Assembly: GCF_000002075.1 (NCBI RefSeq)
Contig: NW_004797330.1
Coordinates: 673,368 to 737,367, forward strand
DNA length: 64,000 bases
Direction: 5' to 3'
From: Aplysia californica
Lineage: Eukaryota
Shown here: positions 40,310 to 52,148 of the stretch, piece after piece
Numbering within the stretch: position 1 is the stretch's first letter
Layout of the letters: each line of letters begins with the position of its first letter
Made by a program: the position numbers and the translations under genes
Notes under the pieces: generated by a model
The model's database searches: none
What the model was told of the DNA's origin: nothing
Seen by the model: the letters and a program-made list of their open reading frames with translations, nothing else

Positions 40310-41873
40310 TACCACTCTCGTGGAAATGCTCTGAAATAATTTCTGTCCCATACAAACAATCAATGCAAAATTTGAATGACCTAAGACCAGTGGCTTTAAC
40401 ATCGGTCCTTATGGAATGTTTAGAAAAACCGGTTCTGAAAGAACTGAGGAAATCAATAGAAGACATACAGGATAACATGCAATATATATAGATGCCTATC
40501 GTGCCAAGTGGGGCGTAGAGGATGCCATTCTCATGTTCTTAGATAACATCTACAAACACATAGACCGACTAACAAATTACTGCTGGATACTTTTTGCCGG
40601 TTTTTCATCCGCTTTCAACACAATCCAAACCCACATAACAGTTTTAAAATTAATTAACATGAACATAAACAAGAACATTATAGCTTGGATTCTTGAGTTC
40701 TTTACCAACCAACCAACCTCCATATGTAAAATTAAATGGTGTAAAATCCGCCCTAATATTCACGAACACCGGTGCGCTCCAGGGTAGTGTAATCTCCCCT
40801 GTCTCGTTTACGCTTTACACCAATGACTGTACTTTTGATAACAAAAACATCAAATTAATAAAATTTGCGGATGATTTCACTCTACAATGCAACAAATCAG
40901 AATGAATACAGGGACACTGTAAATGTATTTTTTACAAATTGGTGTGATAACCACTTCCTTTTACTAAATGTAAAAAAGACGGAATTAATAATAGACTTTA
41001 GAGTAAAAAAAGACCACTTGCAACCACTATTTATTAAAGATGAGGAGGTGGAGGTGGTAGGCTCTTAAGATCTTACAAGTATCTTGGTATAACAATTGAT
41101 AACAAACTTGACTGGCATCCCCACGTTGCTCTTGTGCATAAAAAAAGAAAATCAAAGAATGTTCCTTTTAAGGAAATTTAAAAGTTTCTGTGTCGATAAT
41201 AAGACTATGTCCTTTTTATACCATTCTATGATTGGAAGCGTGCTATTATTTTTTATTTGCTGCTGGGCTGGGAAATGTAGGGTGAAAGATAAAGAAATAT
41301 TCGACAGAACCGTTATGAAAGCCAGCAAGATCTCTGGAAATTATTTTACTAGAATTGATGAAATGTATAACACCACAAGTATAAAAAAGATAAAAAGCAT
41401 TATAAACGACCCATCACACCCCCTTTCCACACACATTGTCAGATCACGCAGCGGCAGATAAGTACCTCTAAAAACAAAGCAAGAAAGACATAAAAGAAGT
41501 TGTCAGAATAAGCATAGAGGTGTATTGCTCTTAAGAGTATGTATCTTGATCTATATAATATAGCTCCAAATGTCTTGTAATTAAATTCCTGCATGTGGTT
41601 GAATGATGCATCTAATGTGAAATGTACATTTTTGTCAGCTTTACTTCTCTTTTCATATTGAATTTTAAAGAAAGTAATATAATATAAATTAAATGTTTAG
41701 GTATACCTGCATGTGTTTTTACGGTCCTGTACAGCCAAGAAATACTTCCCTCTGGGATAATACAGTACATGTATTATCTTATCTTACATATGAATAAAGC
41801 ATGTGAAAAATTAGACTGCACAAGGATGGAGTAGTAAACATGAACAAAATCAAACTAAAATATTTAAACTCAC

Positions 41874-43707
41874 ATGTTGCACAATTCTCTGCTTTTGTCA
41901 AACGCCTCCAAACAAACTTGTTGGTTTGTTGTCTACGCTTCAAAACCTCCTTCTTGACCTTGGTAGAGAAAGGTGACTTGTTGACCGCTGATTTAGTTCG
42001 AAGGTGTCCACAGTTTCGTTTTGGAGTCAAAGTCAGACCCTGTGACCCGGAACTCACAATAGCTTCTCGCTGGTTTCTTCGGTCCAACTTGTGAGGATTA
42101 TTATGGATGGGCTTTCCTATTTCAAATTTCTTATCAAAGTGACGTTTGTTATCAGTACTGAACTTCTGGCTTTTAGAGCTATAAAATGTACCTTGCTTTT
42201 CAGTAGTGACTATATTCCTATTCTTGAGATTCTCATCAACATAAAAATTGCTGAAGTGAACTATACCACTGTCGGTCCTGAACCTTTCACCCAATTTATG
42301 CTGATTTCCTATCACTTTATTTGGACGCCTGTCAAGTTTGTGTGGACTGACATTACAAGTCACAGAACGCTCTTGCTGCTCACATCTTCTATCCAGTTTC
42401 AGCAAGGCTCTATTTACTTTGTGGGCAGGAAATAGTTCAGGTGCAGATTTCAGTCCTGCCGTAGGAGACAATCGCTTCAATTTATACTTACTGACTACTT
42501 TAGCAGCAGTTTGCAATTTGAGGTGAGGAGTTTTTCTAATCAGCCTTTTATTTCCCCTGGAATGCTTTTGATTAGGAGTATCACATAAAACTGCAGACAC
42601 ATCTTTATAACCACTTTGCACAATTTTGCTTTGGTTTTGAATAGCTGTAAGTTTTTTATCATCGGAGTCATCACGAGTACTGACTACAAAAGATTGATTC
42701 TGAGACGTGGAGGGAACAGAAAAAGTAGATGGTCCACAAGAAACCTGTACAATATTTGGAGGGGATAAATGTGTCTTGACAAATTTGTATTGAGATGTCA
42801 ATATCTGTGGCTTATGGTTATGTGCTGGTGACTCGGAAACTTTGGCTGTCCCTACCCCCTGTTCAGACATAGGAACACTGACACTAGAACCTTTATTGTA
42901 TGTTCTGCTCTGGGTTACACTTTTTAGTGATGCAGTGAACAATGGAACTGAGTTTGTAGAACAGCATGGAACAGATGCTGAACTCTGAAAAGGTAATAGA
43001 ACTGTTCTTACATCTGAAGACAAAGAAGTAGATCCCATATTTGTGGGGTTCTGAGTCCTGCGGCTTTTCACAGAAAGAACTGTGCGTGTATTTTCACTAC
43101 TTTTGGGTAGAATGGATGAGTATGGCGTACTTCTTAGAACTGCATCTTTTGTTGCTTTAACATCCATTGTTTCCCTATTTTGAAACAAAGTTTTTGATGT
43201 CACAGCAGGTACAGGTCCATTCCTTACTTTTGCTGAATTCAAACACAAAGTCCTCTGCACAACTGTCGGAGATGGGACTGGAGTAGGTGCGGAGACAGTT
43301 CTCGGATGATTGTGTCTTGAAACTATAAGGTTATTGCTGTGCCCGGTCTGGTGATCATTTGTGAGAACAGAGGGTCTTGTCCACTTCCTATTCTGTACAC
43401 ATTGCTTCCCTGATGTCTTATGTTGAGATTTTCTATCAGCAAGACTTGATAAACTGTGATAAGGATCACTACAGCTTGATGATGAAGTTTTGTGAGGAAT
43501 CAGATTTGTCACATCCCCAACATTAGTAGAACTTTTGTGTTCTAATGAAGGTGGTAGACTCTTCATTTGCGTTTTCTTGAATTCAATGTCATTCTTCATG
43601 TAGCGAATCCGTAATTCCATTTCTTCAATGTAATTACGATATTTGAGTGAAATTGCCGCTTGGGAATCAGCATCATGCACTGCTCCTTTGTCACGCTTGT
43701 GCGCCAT
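41874..43707 (-). CDS. ZC3H3: ZC3H3 (CCCH zinc finger protein 3) coding exon 1; large low-complexity N-terminal exon. Full model: 43707-41874, 38309-38186, 37419-37211, 36255-36163, 34754-34613, 33026-32856, 32071-31876, 30761-30631, 27174-26622 (3453 nt, 1150 aa)
   Basis: 642-aa ORF. An in-frame stop lies upstream of the ATG, inside an exon that begins after a polypyrimidine/AG acceptor near 43743. GTGAG donor at 41873 is phase 1 and matches the next exon. Confidence 0.8.
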
Positions 43708-44902
43708 TATTCCAGCTTGAAAATCCTTTGTCTGTTATTATCCTAAAAAAAAAAAAGAAGACAGGATTAATATCAGGCTTAATCCACAACAAAAACTATG
43801 AATCATGTCAAAAGAGATGTCAATAGCAGAAGCAAAATCTGTACACTTTAGTCGGTTTTTCTCCAGGAGAACATCAGTAAAAGTAAGAGACTGACTGTAA
43901 GTTACTACTTTGAACAATTAACTTCCTAAAAAAGAATGATACTAGACACTGCCAAGTCTAAATATCACGTAACTGTTGAATTCGGAAAAGGGTCAAGCAT
44001 GACATCATGTGAAATTTCCAAAAAATTCATCTTATAATAATACTATACTGCCCACTGGCCTGACCAGTAAAAGATTTAAAAGCCAGTGGCCGCCAACTTC
44101 AGAAGTTGCATCAAAATCTCAGCAAAATCATTGTAAAACCGAAAAGAGGTAGGCTACATAATTAATTTTTGTGTGCTCCACCAGCTCATGGCTATTCCTC
44201 AGCTCCAATTCATTGGTCATTTGCATTTTGTTCACTCTTGCTGGATCTGGGTAAAAAGGGTAAGGTTTCAGTTAGGATTAGAGTAAGGTTGAAAATGGAA
44301 AACAATGTCCACCAAACCTACTTTAAAGATGGTATACACAAGTCTTAGGCATCTCATTTCATGGGTATTTAATTTACTTTAGTGACTCTTGTCATTGTCC
44401 ATATTTTTTTAGCTTGGTAGCACAAAGATGGTTTGAAGATGATGTTAATGAGTAGGGCATGCCCCTGTATTTCCTTCTATAAAATTAGGTAAATGCTTTG
44501 ATGTTTTTCAGTTTGAAGTTTTCTTTAAAACAGTTGATTAGTCCCTGTTAGTGTGACCATCATATGCATGTTTTGCGGTAAAAAAAGACAGCCATTTCGC
44601 TCCCAGGAAGCAGCGTATTGTGCGCTGGGGTGAAATAAAATAATAATTTTTACCATGTAGTTTTCACCCAACCCTCCCCTAAAAATTGTGATTTGCAATA
44701 GCCATGACTCATGACAATACGTCTTTCATGTTTGCAAGCGTGCAACGAAATGACCGTCTCCATTCAACCTTGTGGATTTGGGGTGTGACAAGATGACTGT
44801 GATGTCTTGACAGCACCGGTATGACTGGTCTTTAACCCCCCCACCCCTCCATGTTTTTATTTTAGGTCCCCATGAAACCCCCCTTGCCTTGTTTGTTAAA
44901 TT

Positions 44903-45180
44903 CACAAGCGGATAGTTAGAGAACGTTAGGAGTACGTCACGAGTGATTTTTATAGTAACAGTCATCTTGTTTGTGTCAGTGTTCTTCATTCTGACAAAAG
45001 ACAAAAGAAGTTCCAGACCTACTGGAGAAAAAAAAAGAAACTTTTTTTTTCATTTTAGCAAAGTGTTGTGATAAAAAAATGCTCATTATATTATGTTAAA
45101 GAATAGGTCCAACAAGATGCCTGTTACTATAAATATAGGTCAATGGCGTACGCTTAACGTTCTCTAACTATCCGCTTGTA
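44903..45180. mobile_element. Small MITE with 25-bp TIR ACAAGCGGATAGTTAGAGAACGTTA
   Basis: Perfect 25-bp inverted repeat, with ttaaat on both flanks. Confidence 0.6.
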
Positions 45181-45228
45181 TTAAATATAAGTGAAATTTT
45201 ACTGCTCATTTTGTAAGCTACTGATAAA

Positions 45229-45895
45229 CGAAGTGAATACAGACCTGGTAACTGGGAACAAAGTCATAAAGTATACAGACCCGGTGGGGAAATCTTTTGT
45301 GATTTCGGAAAGATTCAGAGNNNNNNNNNNNNNNNNNNNNNNNNNNNNNNNNNNNNNNNNNNNNNNNNNNNNNNNNNNNNNNNNNNNNNNNNNNNNNNNN
45401 NNNNNNNNNNNNNNNNNNNNNNNNNNNNNNNNNNNNNNNNNNNNNNNNNNNNNNNNNNNNNNNNNNNNNNNNNNNNNNNNNNNNNNNNNNNAAAAAGAGT
45501 GGAGAGAGAGATGGGGAGAGACAGAGAAATAGAGGGGGTGACTGCTCGATTGAAATTAGGACATTGTTATCTTTTTCAAATTGTCCTATAGATTTCTCCA
45601 ACTCCGAAACGGAGAAAAAACGATCGTTCATCCATCGAAAAGACATCCGCATTCTTCATTTAGATCTTGATCAAGAACCTAGGCCTCGAAACTAGATCTA
45701 TGATGATTTTTGTCTATCTGTCTTGATCTAGACCTAGGCCATAGACTATCATAGCTCCAGAAGAACCTAGAACTAGATCTACCCTGAGCCAAGAGTAGGC
45801 TACCCTGAAACTTTCCGAAATCACAAAAGATTCCCCCTACCGGGTCTGTATACTTCAAGACTTTGTTCCTGGTTACCGGGTCTGTATACACTCCC
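45229..45895 (-). mobile_element. Mutator-like MITE family M1 (~0.68 kb), copy 1
   Basis: ~85-bp TIRs (CGAAGTG.ATACAGACC.GG... / ...CCGGGTCTGTATACACTCCC). Perfect 9-bp TSD actgataaa at 45220-45228 and 45896-45904. Confidence 0.9.
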
Positions 45896-47964
45896 ACTGA
45901 TAAAACAGAGCTAGATATCTAGAATATTATATACAGAATAGTTCAATCAGTATCAATATCCAGTACTCTGTGTAGATGATGATAAGTCTAAACAGGCCGG
46001 GCCCACATTCTTAAGTAGAGTCTAGATTTACCAAATCCTGAAATCCCCTTCTGCTAGAGCTGTACCCCGGTAGCAAACCCCCTTGTGCTCGCAAGCCCCT
46101 AGTTTAAGTCACAAGCCTCACATCACTAGGTCAAATCATCAAATCAAATCACCAGCATAATAAGTTGAGTCTAGTCTAGGCTTCAAGTCTACACCAACTA
46201 GCAATCCGCGAAGCCACTCGTGTCAGACCCCCTCATCCTCCCCACCATGCGTGCAATCTGCGAAGCCACAAACGTCAGAAAAAGAGAAAGGGGAAGAGAG
46301 AGAGAGATCTCGCTCACAGTGTCACTGCACGGCGTAGCGCTGGAGTCTGCTCTATTAATCGAAGGCTCGCGAGCAGCGGACAAGCATAAGTCTCAAATCT
46401 CGCTCGCAGCACAGCAAGTCCCATTATTTGCTTTGCATCCTATTGTCTTGCTTTGTGCAAAGTGACTTGCTCGCAGCCCGGCAAGTCTCTCAGCTCCCAT
46501 GATTTGCTTTGGCTCCCAGGACCAGCTCGCAACCTGGCAAGCCACTTGGCTGATTCGCTGCAGCAGCGAGCCGTCTCTAAGACTGCTCGCAGTGTGAACT
46601 CCGAACCATGGCGGAAGGGAGAGGCTGTGCTTGTTTTGGTGCAAGACGTTGAGAGCCGAAGCTATTTTTAACTTCCTGCCGTTGATCAGCTGAGTGAGAG
46701 GAAGTGCGGTGTCGTAGTAACCTAGGTTTCTGGTAGTAATAAGTAGACATAGATTACCTTAGAATGGAAAACTCCAGGGGTCGTTGCGATTGGCTTTTGT
46801 ATTGTATCATGTATGTAACCTATTTTGTAAATGTTTTACACCCACAGTGACATAATACAGAACATTTAGGAGACGGGCTAGGCCTACTTCAACCCAATGT
46901 CAGTGCCAACCTGGGCTGAGAGTACAGCAAACATGCGATTAAATGTAGAACGACGCAAACTATTTTTAGGTAAGGCGGCCATCTTGTTTGACGTCAGACC
47001 AGGATACCCCTCCAATCATGTGACTACATGTAAACATAGTCAACCGCATAGCACCAGAGATCGTGTTTACCTACCTTGGCATGACGTTTGGAGCGATGCT
47101 TTTCCAGGAGACGTACAGGTAATGTGATATGATACAGTGCTCCGATATGGCAGCTACTTATCTCTTCTGTGCTCCGATATGGCAGCTGCTTTGATCTCTT
47201 CTGCGCATTGTTTATCTGGCCCGGGAGGGAGAGGTAATCTCCAGGCGTATTTACCACAATTTTAGCGCGCTTTATTGTCTTTGCATTCACTTACCGTGTT
47301 TCAATTTCAAGCATCAGCGTTCTTACTGTTCTGAGTATTACAGCTGTTCCAATTCGACTTTACTATTTCACATTCATGATTTTTGCACTATTCACAGCGT
47401 GGCAGAGCCATTCAAATGCCATGTGATTTTTTTTTCTAACAGATACTGGATTTTCGCCTTACTTTTCTCAAACGTAGAAAAATTGGAGCACATTATATCT
47501 AAAATCATTGAGATAAATATACAGAAATACTCTTTATTTGATGGTTACAAGACAGAGTGATAAGATGAGCTTACAAGAATTATAAAACAATCCTTTAGAG
47601 AATATCTCTTTCTATTCAATATTCACTCGCCACACTATGGACAGCTCAAGCAAGGGCACATCACTCTTGAAGCGAATGTTTTTTCCATGAAGTTAGCTGT
47701 CGCAAAGAGCTCCCCTAACCCTACTTGGAATTCGAAGCGCTATGAACGGTGACGTGATATCAACACATTGCAGTCAGCGACAACAACACACGCGCACTCA
47801 GTGACTGGCGGACTCTCACAATATAAGAAAAAAACATAGTTTATGTGCCGCCTACAAAGCCTAGTTTAATTTTATGTGAAGTGGAGGGCTGTACACATAA
47901 CCTCGATGCTATGAGTACGGGAACGCGGTACGCATAGCCACGCGTACGGGGATATAGCCACTTC

Positions 47965-48437
47965 GAAGAAAAAAACATTTGACAGTGCTGTGAATATCAG
48001 AAGTCAGATCTGGGCTTATATCTTATAGAAAAAATCATTTGACTGCGCTGTGAGTAGTGGAATTTAGATCTGGGCTTATCACATATAAGAAAATACGATT
48101 CGACGGCGCTTCAAATTGCGGAAGTTACATCTGGGCTTATCGTATAAATATAAGAAAAAAACATTCAACAGCACTTCGAATTGCGGAAGCTAGATCAGGG
48201 CTTATCTTATAAGAAAAAAACCATTCGACAGCGTTGTGAGTAGCGGAAGTTAGACCTGGGCCTATCACATAAGAAAATACAAATCGACGGGGCTTTGAAT
48301 TGCGGAAGTTAGGTCTGGGCTTATCACATGTAAGAAAAAAAACATTCGACGGTGCTGTGAATAGCTAGCGAAAGTAGAATAAAGGAACTTAGGTCTGGGT
48401 TTATGCTTATCATATATAAGAAAAAAACATTCGGCGG
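47965..48437. repeat. Minisatellite, ~58-60 bp unit, ~8 copies
   Basis: Repeating AAGAAAAAAACATTCGAC.GCG.....GCGGAAGTTAGATCTGGGCTTATC. Confidence 0.85.
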
Positions 48438-49746
48438 AAGTATTCGATGTCATGAAAAGTGAGCTCACGCTTCGATGATTTTTTGTTTCCTCAAAATCGC
48501 ACAGCACTACTGAGCATCAACGATCTAAGCGATCTTCTATCACCAGAGCATGGCGGACGCGCTGCAGTTAGCTGCAAGTGGGAAATTTTACCGCGCGAAA
48601 CACATCGATATGGATAAAAGGTCAAGCTACTGACTCAACATGTCGTTCCAAGTCAAAGATCGTGGGCGATTTTGTAGTTTCGTTCGTTAAAGTCAAGTTC
48701 CAGGGGGGGGGGTCGCCCCCCTGACCTAATAAAATTATGGAAGGGAGGAGGGGGGGTTCAGTGAGCATGCCCCCCTGAATTTTACCTTAATTTGATGTTT
48801 TGCAGTTGGGTTACATCTCTGTTCTTTGTGTTGCCTATTTGGTCATCAAGACTTCGGGATTTCTTCTCAAAATGTAAACAAATGGATCGTGGACTTTAAC
48901 GAACGTGTAGTGTGTATTGTAGTAGAGAATCTTTGGCAACTCCACTTCGGATAAAAATAGTCTGTCGGTATCCCAGGAAGTGATGACATCACATTACTAA
49001 ATATAGCAGCCAACCAGGAAGATGCATCATTCTACATTTAACGGCATGTGTACAGCAAGACTGTCCACGAGTCACAACTCACCGGAAGTTACCCCCGGTA
49101 GTAAAGCGGGAGGCAAAGCAAAGCACAACCCTGCTCAGAGCTCGCAAGCCTCTAGCACAAGCCGTCCGCTGCTTGCAAGCCTTCGATTAATCGAGCAAAC
49201 TTCAGCTCTACCTTCTGCCCTTATGATTTTACAAGGAGGAGGCCTTTCTATTTCTAGATATCTAGATCTAGATCTATCGGCAATTGCGATCCAGCAAAAA
49301 ATGAGAATAAATAAAAGGTGCAGATCTATAATCTAGATCTAGACGTAGATCTAGTCTAGATCTAGAATCTAGATATCTAGAAGAAAATGAAAAATTACGT
49401 AGATCTACAAATCAAATCCTTTTTAGTGTAATGTGCATTCAGAAAAGGGCACTACTTGGATATATATATGGTGGTCCCAACTTGGATATGGTGGTCCCGG
49501 CTTTTGTGTAGGCCTACTGAAATATCGATACTGATTTAAATAGTCCATATCAATATTTTATGTTTTATATCAGTAGCCTAGATCTAAATCTAGCCTACAA
49601 AATGAGCAGTAAAATTCACTTGTTTTTCACGAGGCAAGGAGGGTAGCCCCCCTGACTAAAAAAACCAAAACAAAACATGGGGAGTTTCAGGGGAATGCCC
49701 CCCAGAATTTGACCACGATTTGATGTTTTGCAATTACGTTTGAAAA

Positions 49747-50565
49747 CATGCGATTAAACGTAGAAAGACGCAAACTATTTTTAGGTACGGCGCCCATTTT
49801 GTTTGATATCACACCAGGATACCCCTCCGATCACGTGACTACATCTAAGTTATAGCCAACCGCATGGCACCAAAGATGGAAGTGTCTATGTTATAACGCT
49901 TCATCTACATCATGCTTTCGGAAATTCTGATGGCCGAATAGACAGCGCGTCGGCGTTAGAAGTCATGCAATGATTTTAGGAGCGGTTCGATTCCGGTCCC
50001 CGGCTATTTTGTTTATCTCTTTTCCTCCTCCCAACTGACTAACAGTCCCATAAATTATAATTTGTAGAGCTGATTTGAAGTTTGTTTTTAGATCTAGATC
50101 ATTTAAGAATATAGATCTAATCCTCGGGAAGATTGAAGAATACCAGACCACTCATACATTATTGCGAGAGAAAGTGAGGTCGGTGGGGCAGGTGGTTGGG
50201 GTGGAGGAGGGGGGAGGGGTGGTTCAGGGGGGTCTCCCCCCTGACAAAATTTTAACGAATTATAGATCTACCAGTCCGAAATTCTCCATTGAGAGATTAT
50301 ATTAAAAATGGGAAAATTATGAATTCCTAAGTTTGAGACATAGGCAAAGTCAGTCCGCTGGTCCGGTATTCTTCAATCTTACCTAATCCTCCAGCGTCTT
50401 TACAGCAATTTTAGTACACTTCCATCTTTGGTGCCATGCGGTTGGCTATATTGCTATACTTAGATGTAGTCTAGTCACGTGATCGGAGGGGAATCCTGGT
50501 CTGACGTCAAACAAGATGGGCGCGTACCTAAAAATAGTTAGCGTCTTTCTACGTTTAATCGCATG
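49747..50565. mobile_element. Element with ~135-bp TIRs starting CATGCGATTAAA (P-like terminus); an orphan end at 46932-47080
   Basis: Long inverted repeats at 49747-49886 and 50415-50565. No clear TSD. Confidence 0.65.
50126..50383. mobile_element. ~0.25-kb MITE (GG termini, 8-9 bp TSD; Merlin- or Mutator-like), copy 1
   Basis: TIR GG(G/T)AAGATTGAAGAATACC(A/G)GACCA. TSD (c)taatcctc. Confidence 0.8.
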
Positions 50566-50691
50566 TGGTATGAAAGGCTAGATCTATCTCACCATATCGG
50601 CAGGCGAATCAAAAAGTAATCGTTTAGACTTAGAACCAGAAGTATTATTATAAGAATAAGCAATTGGCGTTGGCGTTGGGCTGGGGTCAAA

Positions 50692-52148
50692 GGCCGTCGT
50701 TATTAAGACTCAAGTCCGAATAACATTTTTTCATATTCGGACTCGAGTCTGAATTTTAAAAATTCTTATTCGGACTCGAGTCCGAATATGAAAAAATGTT
50801 ATTCGGACTCGGGTCCGGAAAAAAAAGGAAGTGTCTTCGTTCTATAGATCTAACGTTCAGTGCTTCCCATTTTCCGCCATTTTTTAGTTTCCCCCACACC
50901 TTTTCTGCCGATCCGATGCCCGCCGCCGCATTGATAAGGCCCCCCCCACCCCCCATGTTTTCCACTTTCTTTGTTGTAGAAAAAGGTAAAATTGAAGATT
51001 AGCAGACCACCTGGCACCTGCATATTATGAGCTGTGTAAAAAAAAAAGACCGATTTGTTCAAATACACAAGCCTGTGTCATCTCGACTGTTTACCAAGAA
51101 AAAGTTGTGAACCTGTGTAGAGCTGAGCATGCAGCGACTTTTGATTCCATAAACCAGCGCCCAATTCATTACGTAGATCTACATCAAGACTAGCTTTTTA
51201 TTGTAATAATGATCAGTTGCGGGGGGAAAAAAGACTGACGCATAAGCGACGTTCAACGCCCGGACCGATAGTGCCCCCCCATCCCCCTCCCCGACATGCA
51301 CACAGCCACACGTGTGCAGGCCGCCCATCCGACCCCGACACACACTAACGAGCCATCTTTAATTGCTTCTGATGACCTCTTGACAAATAAACATGTATTA
51401 GAAGCGCCATAACTTTTCAGGCCGGCCTCAAATTCATCATAAGATAAAAACTCGGCTCCTGCACAAAACGCCATTTTGCCCGAAGTGATCCCGGTCTCTA
51501 CCCAGCCTGAGGCGAGTCACGAGTGAGGCAGGACAGGAAGCCGGAGTCACGAGTCGCAGACAGTCGGAAGTCGGAAGTGATGTCATGCTGGACAAGAATC
51601 AGAGTCCGAATAACATTTTTTAAGAAAGTGGCTATTCTCACCCGCCCGGAAGTTCTCGCAAGATCAACTCCTCCCCTCTTCTCTCTCTCTCTGTCTCTTT
51701 CTGAATACTGTCTATCGGTGTGGACGATCAAATTGACCAAAACAAAGTTAAAAAATGATGTTAAAACACAAAAGTAAATTAATTTGGTTGTCTACAAAGA
51801 TGCTATGGCTATTTAACTTTTCGAATCGAGTCGAACTACGCGGGTCGCCATTTTGTTTTGCCCGGAAATTCTCGCGCTACTCCTCTCTCTCTTTCTCTCC
51901 ACTGCCCACAGACAAAATTGTACGCTTTTAGTAGGCTACAGTTGTAATGGAACGTTTGTTCACGGCACAGAATTCTACAATTTTTCTGTTATCACAGTGT
52001 AGAATTCTGTGGTTTAAGTTGAACGCAAAATTTGGTGAACGCGCACCGGGTGAGAATAGCCACAAGACTCGCCTGCACTATTCTCACTCCGGGTGAGAAT
52101 AGAGGTGGCCTTTTTTAATTTCGGACTCGAGTCCGAATAGTCACTTCG
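50692..52148 (-). mobile_element. Mutator-like non-autonomous element M2 with transposase 5' remnant (51474-~51350)
   Basis: 9-bp TSD ggggtcaaa at 50683-50691 and 52149-52157. Ends GGCCG.../...GAATAGTCACTTCG. Subterminal palindromes TATTCGGACTCGAGTCCGAATA. ORF MAFCAGAEFLSYDEFEAGLKSYGASNTCLFVKRSS. Confidence 0.8.
51624..52110. mobile_element. Related Mutator-like MITE M4 nested in the right subterminal repeat of M2
   Basis: Ends GAAAGTGGCTATTCTCACCCG / GAGAATAGAGGTGGCC, flanked by ttttttaa on both sides. Removal restores the M2 subterminal repeat. Confidence 0.6.

Larger units (their letters stand above)
38920..41790 (+). pseudogene. Degenerate REX1/Babar-like LINE reverse transcriptase, interrupted at 39186-40309
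   Basis: KASGPDGV, IVPLSWKCSEII, RPVALTSVLMECLEK, AYR..GVEDAI, FSSAFNTI, TGALQGSVISPVSFTLYTND, KFADD, LNVKKT, YKYLG, NDPSHPL...RSGR, with frameshifts. 3' end ttccctctgggataata plus (atctt)n. Confidence 0.85.

Noticed and set aside
47965-48437. CRISPR-like array
   Set aside because: Eukaryotic context; the inter-repeat segments are themselves homologous, not unique spacers; no cas genes.
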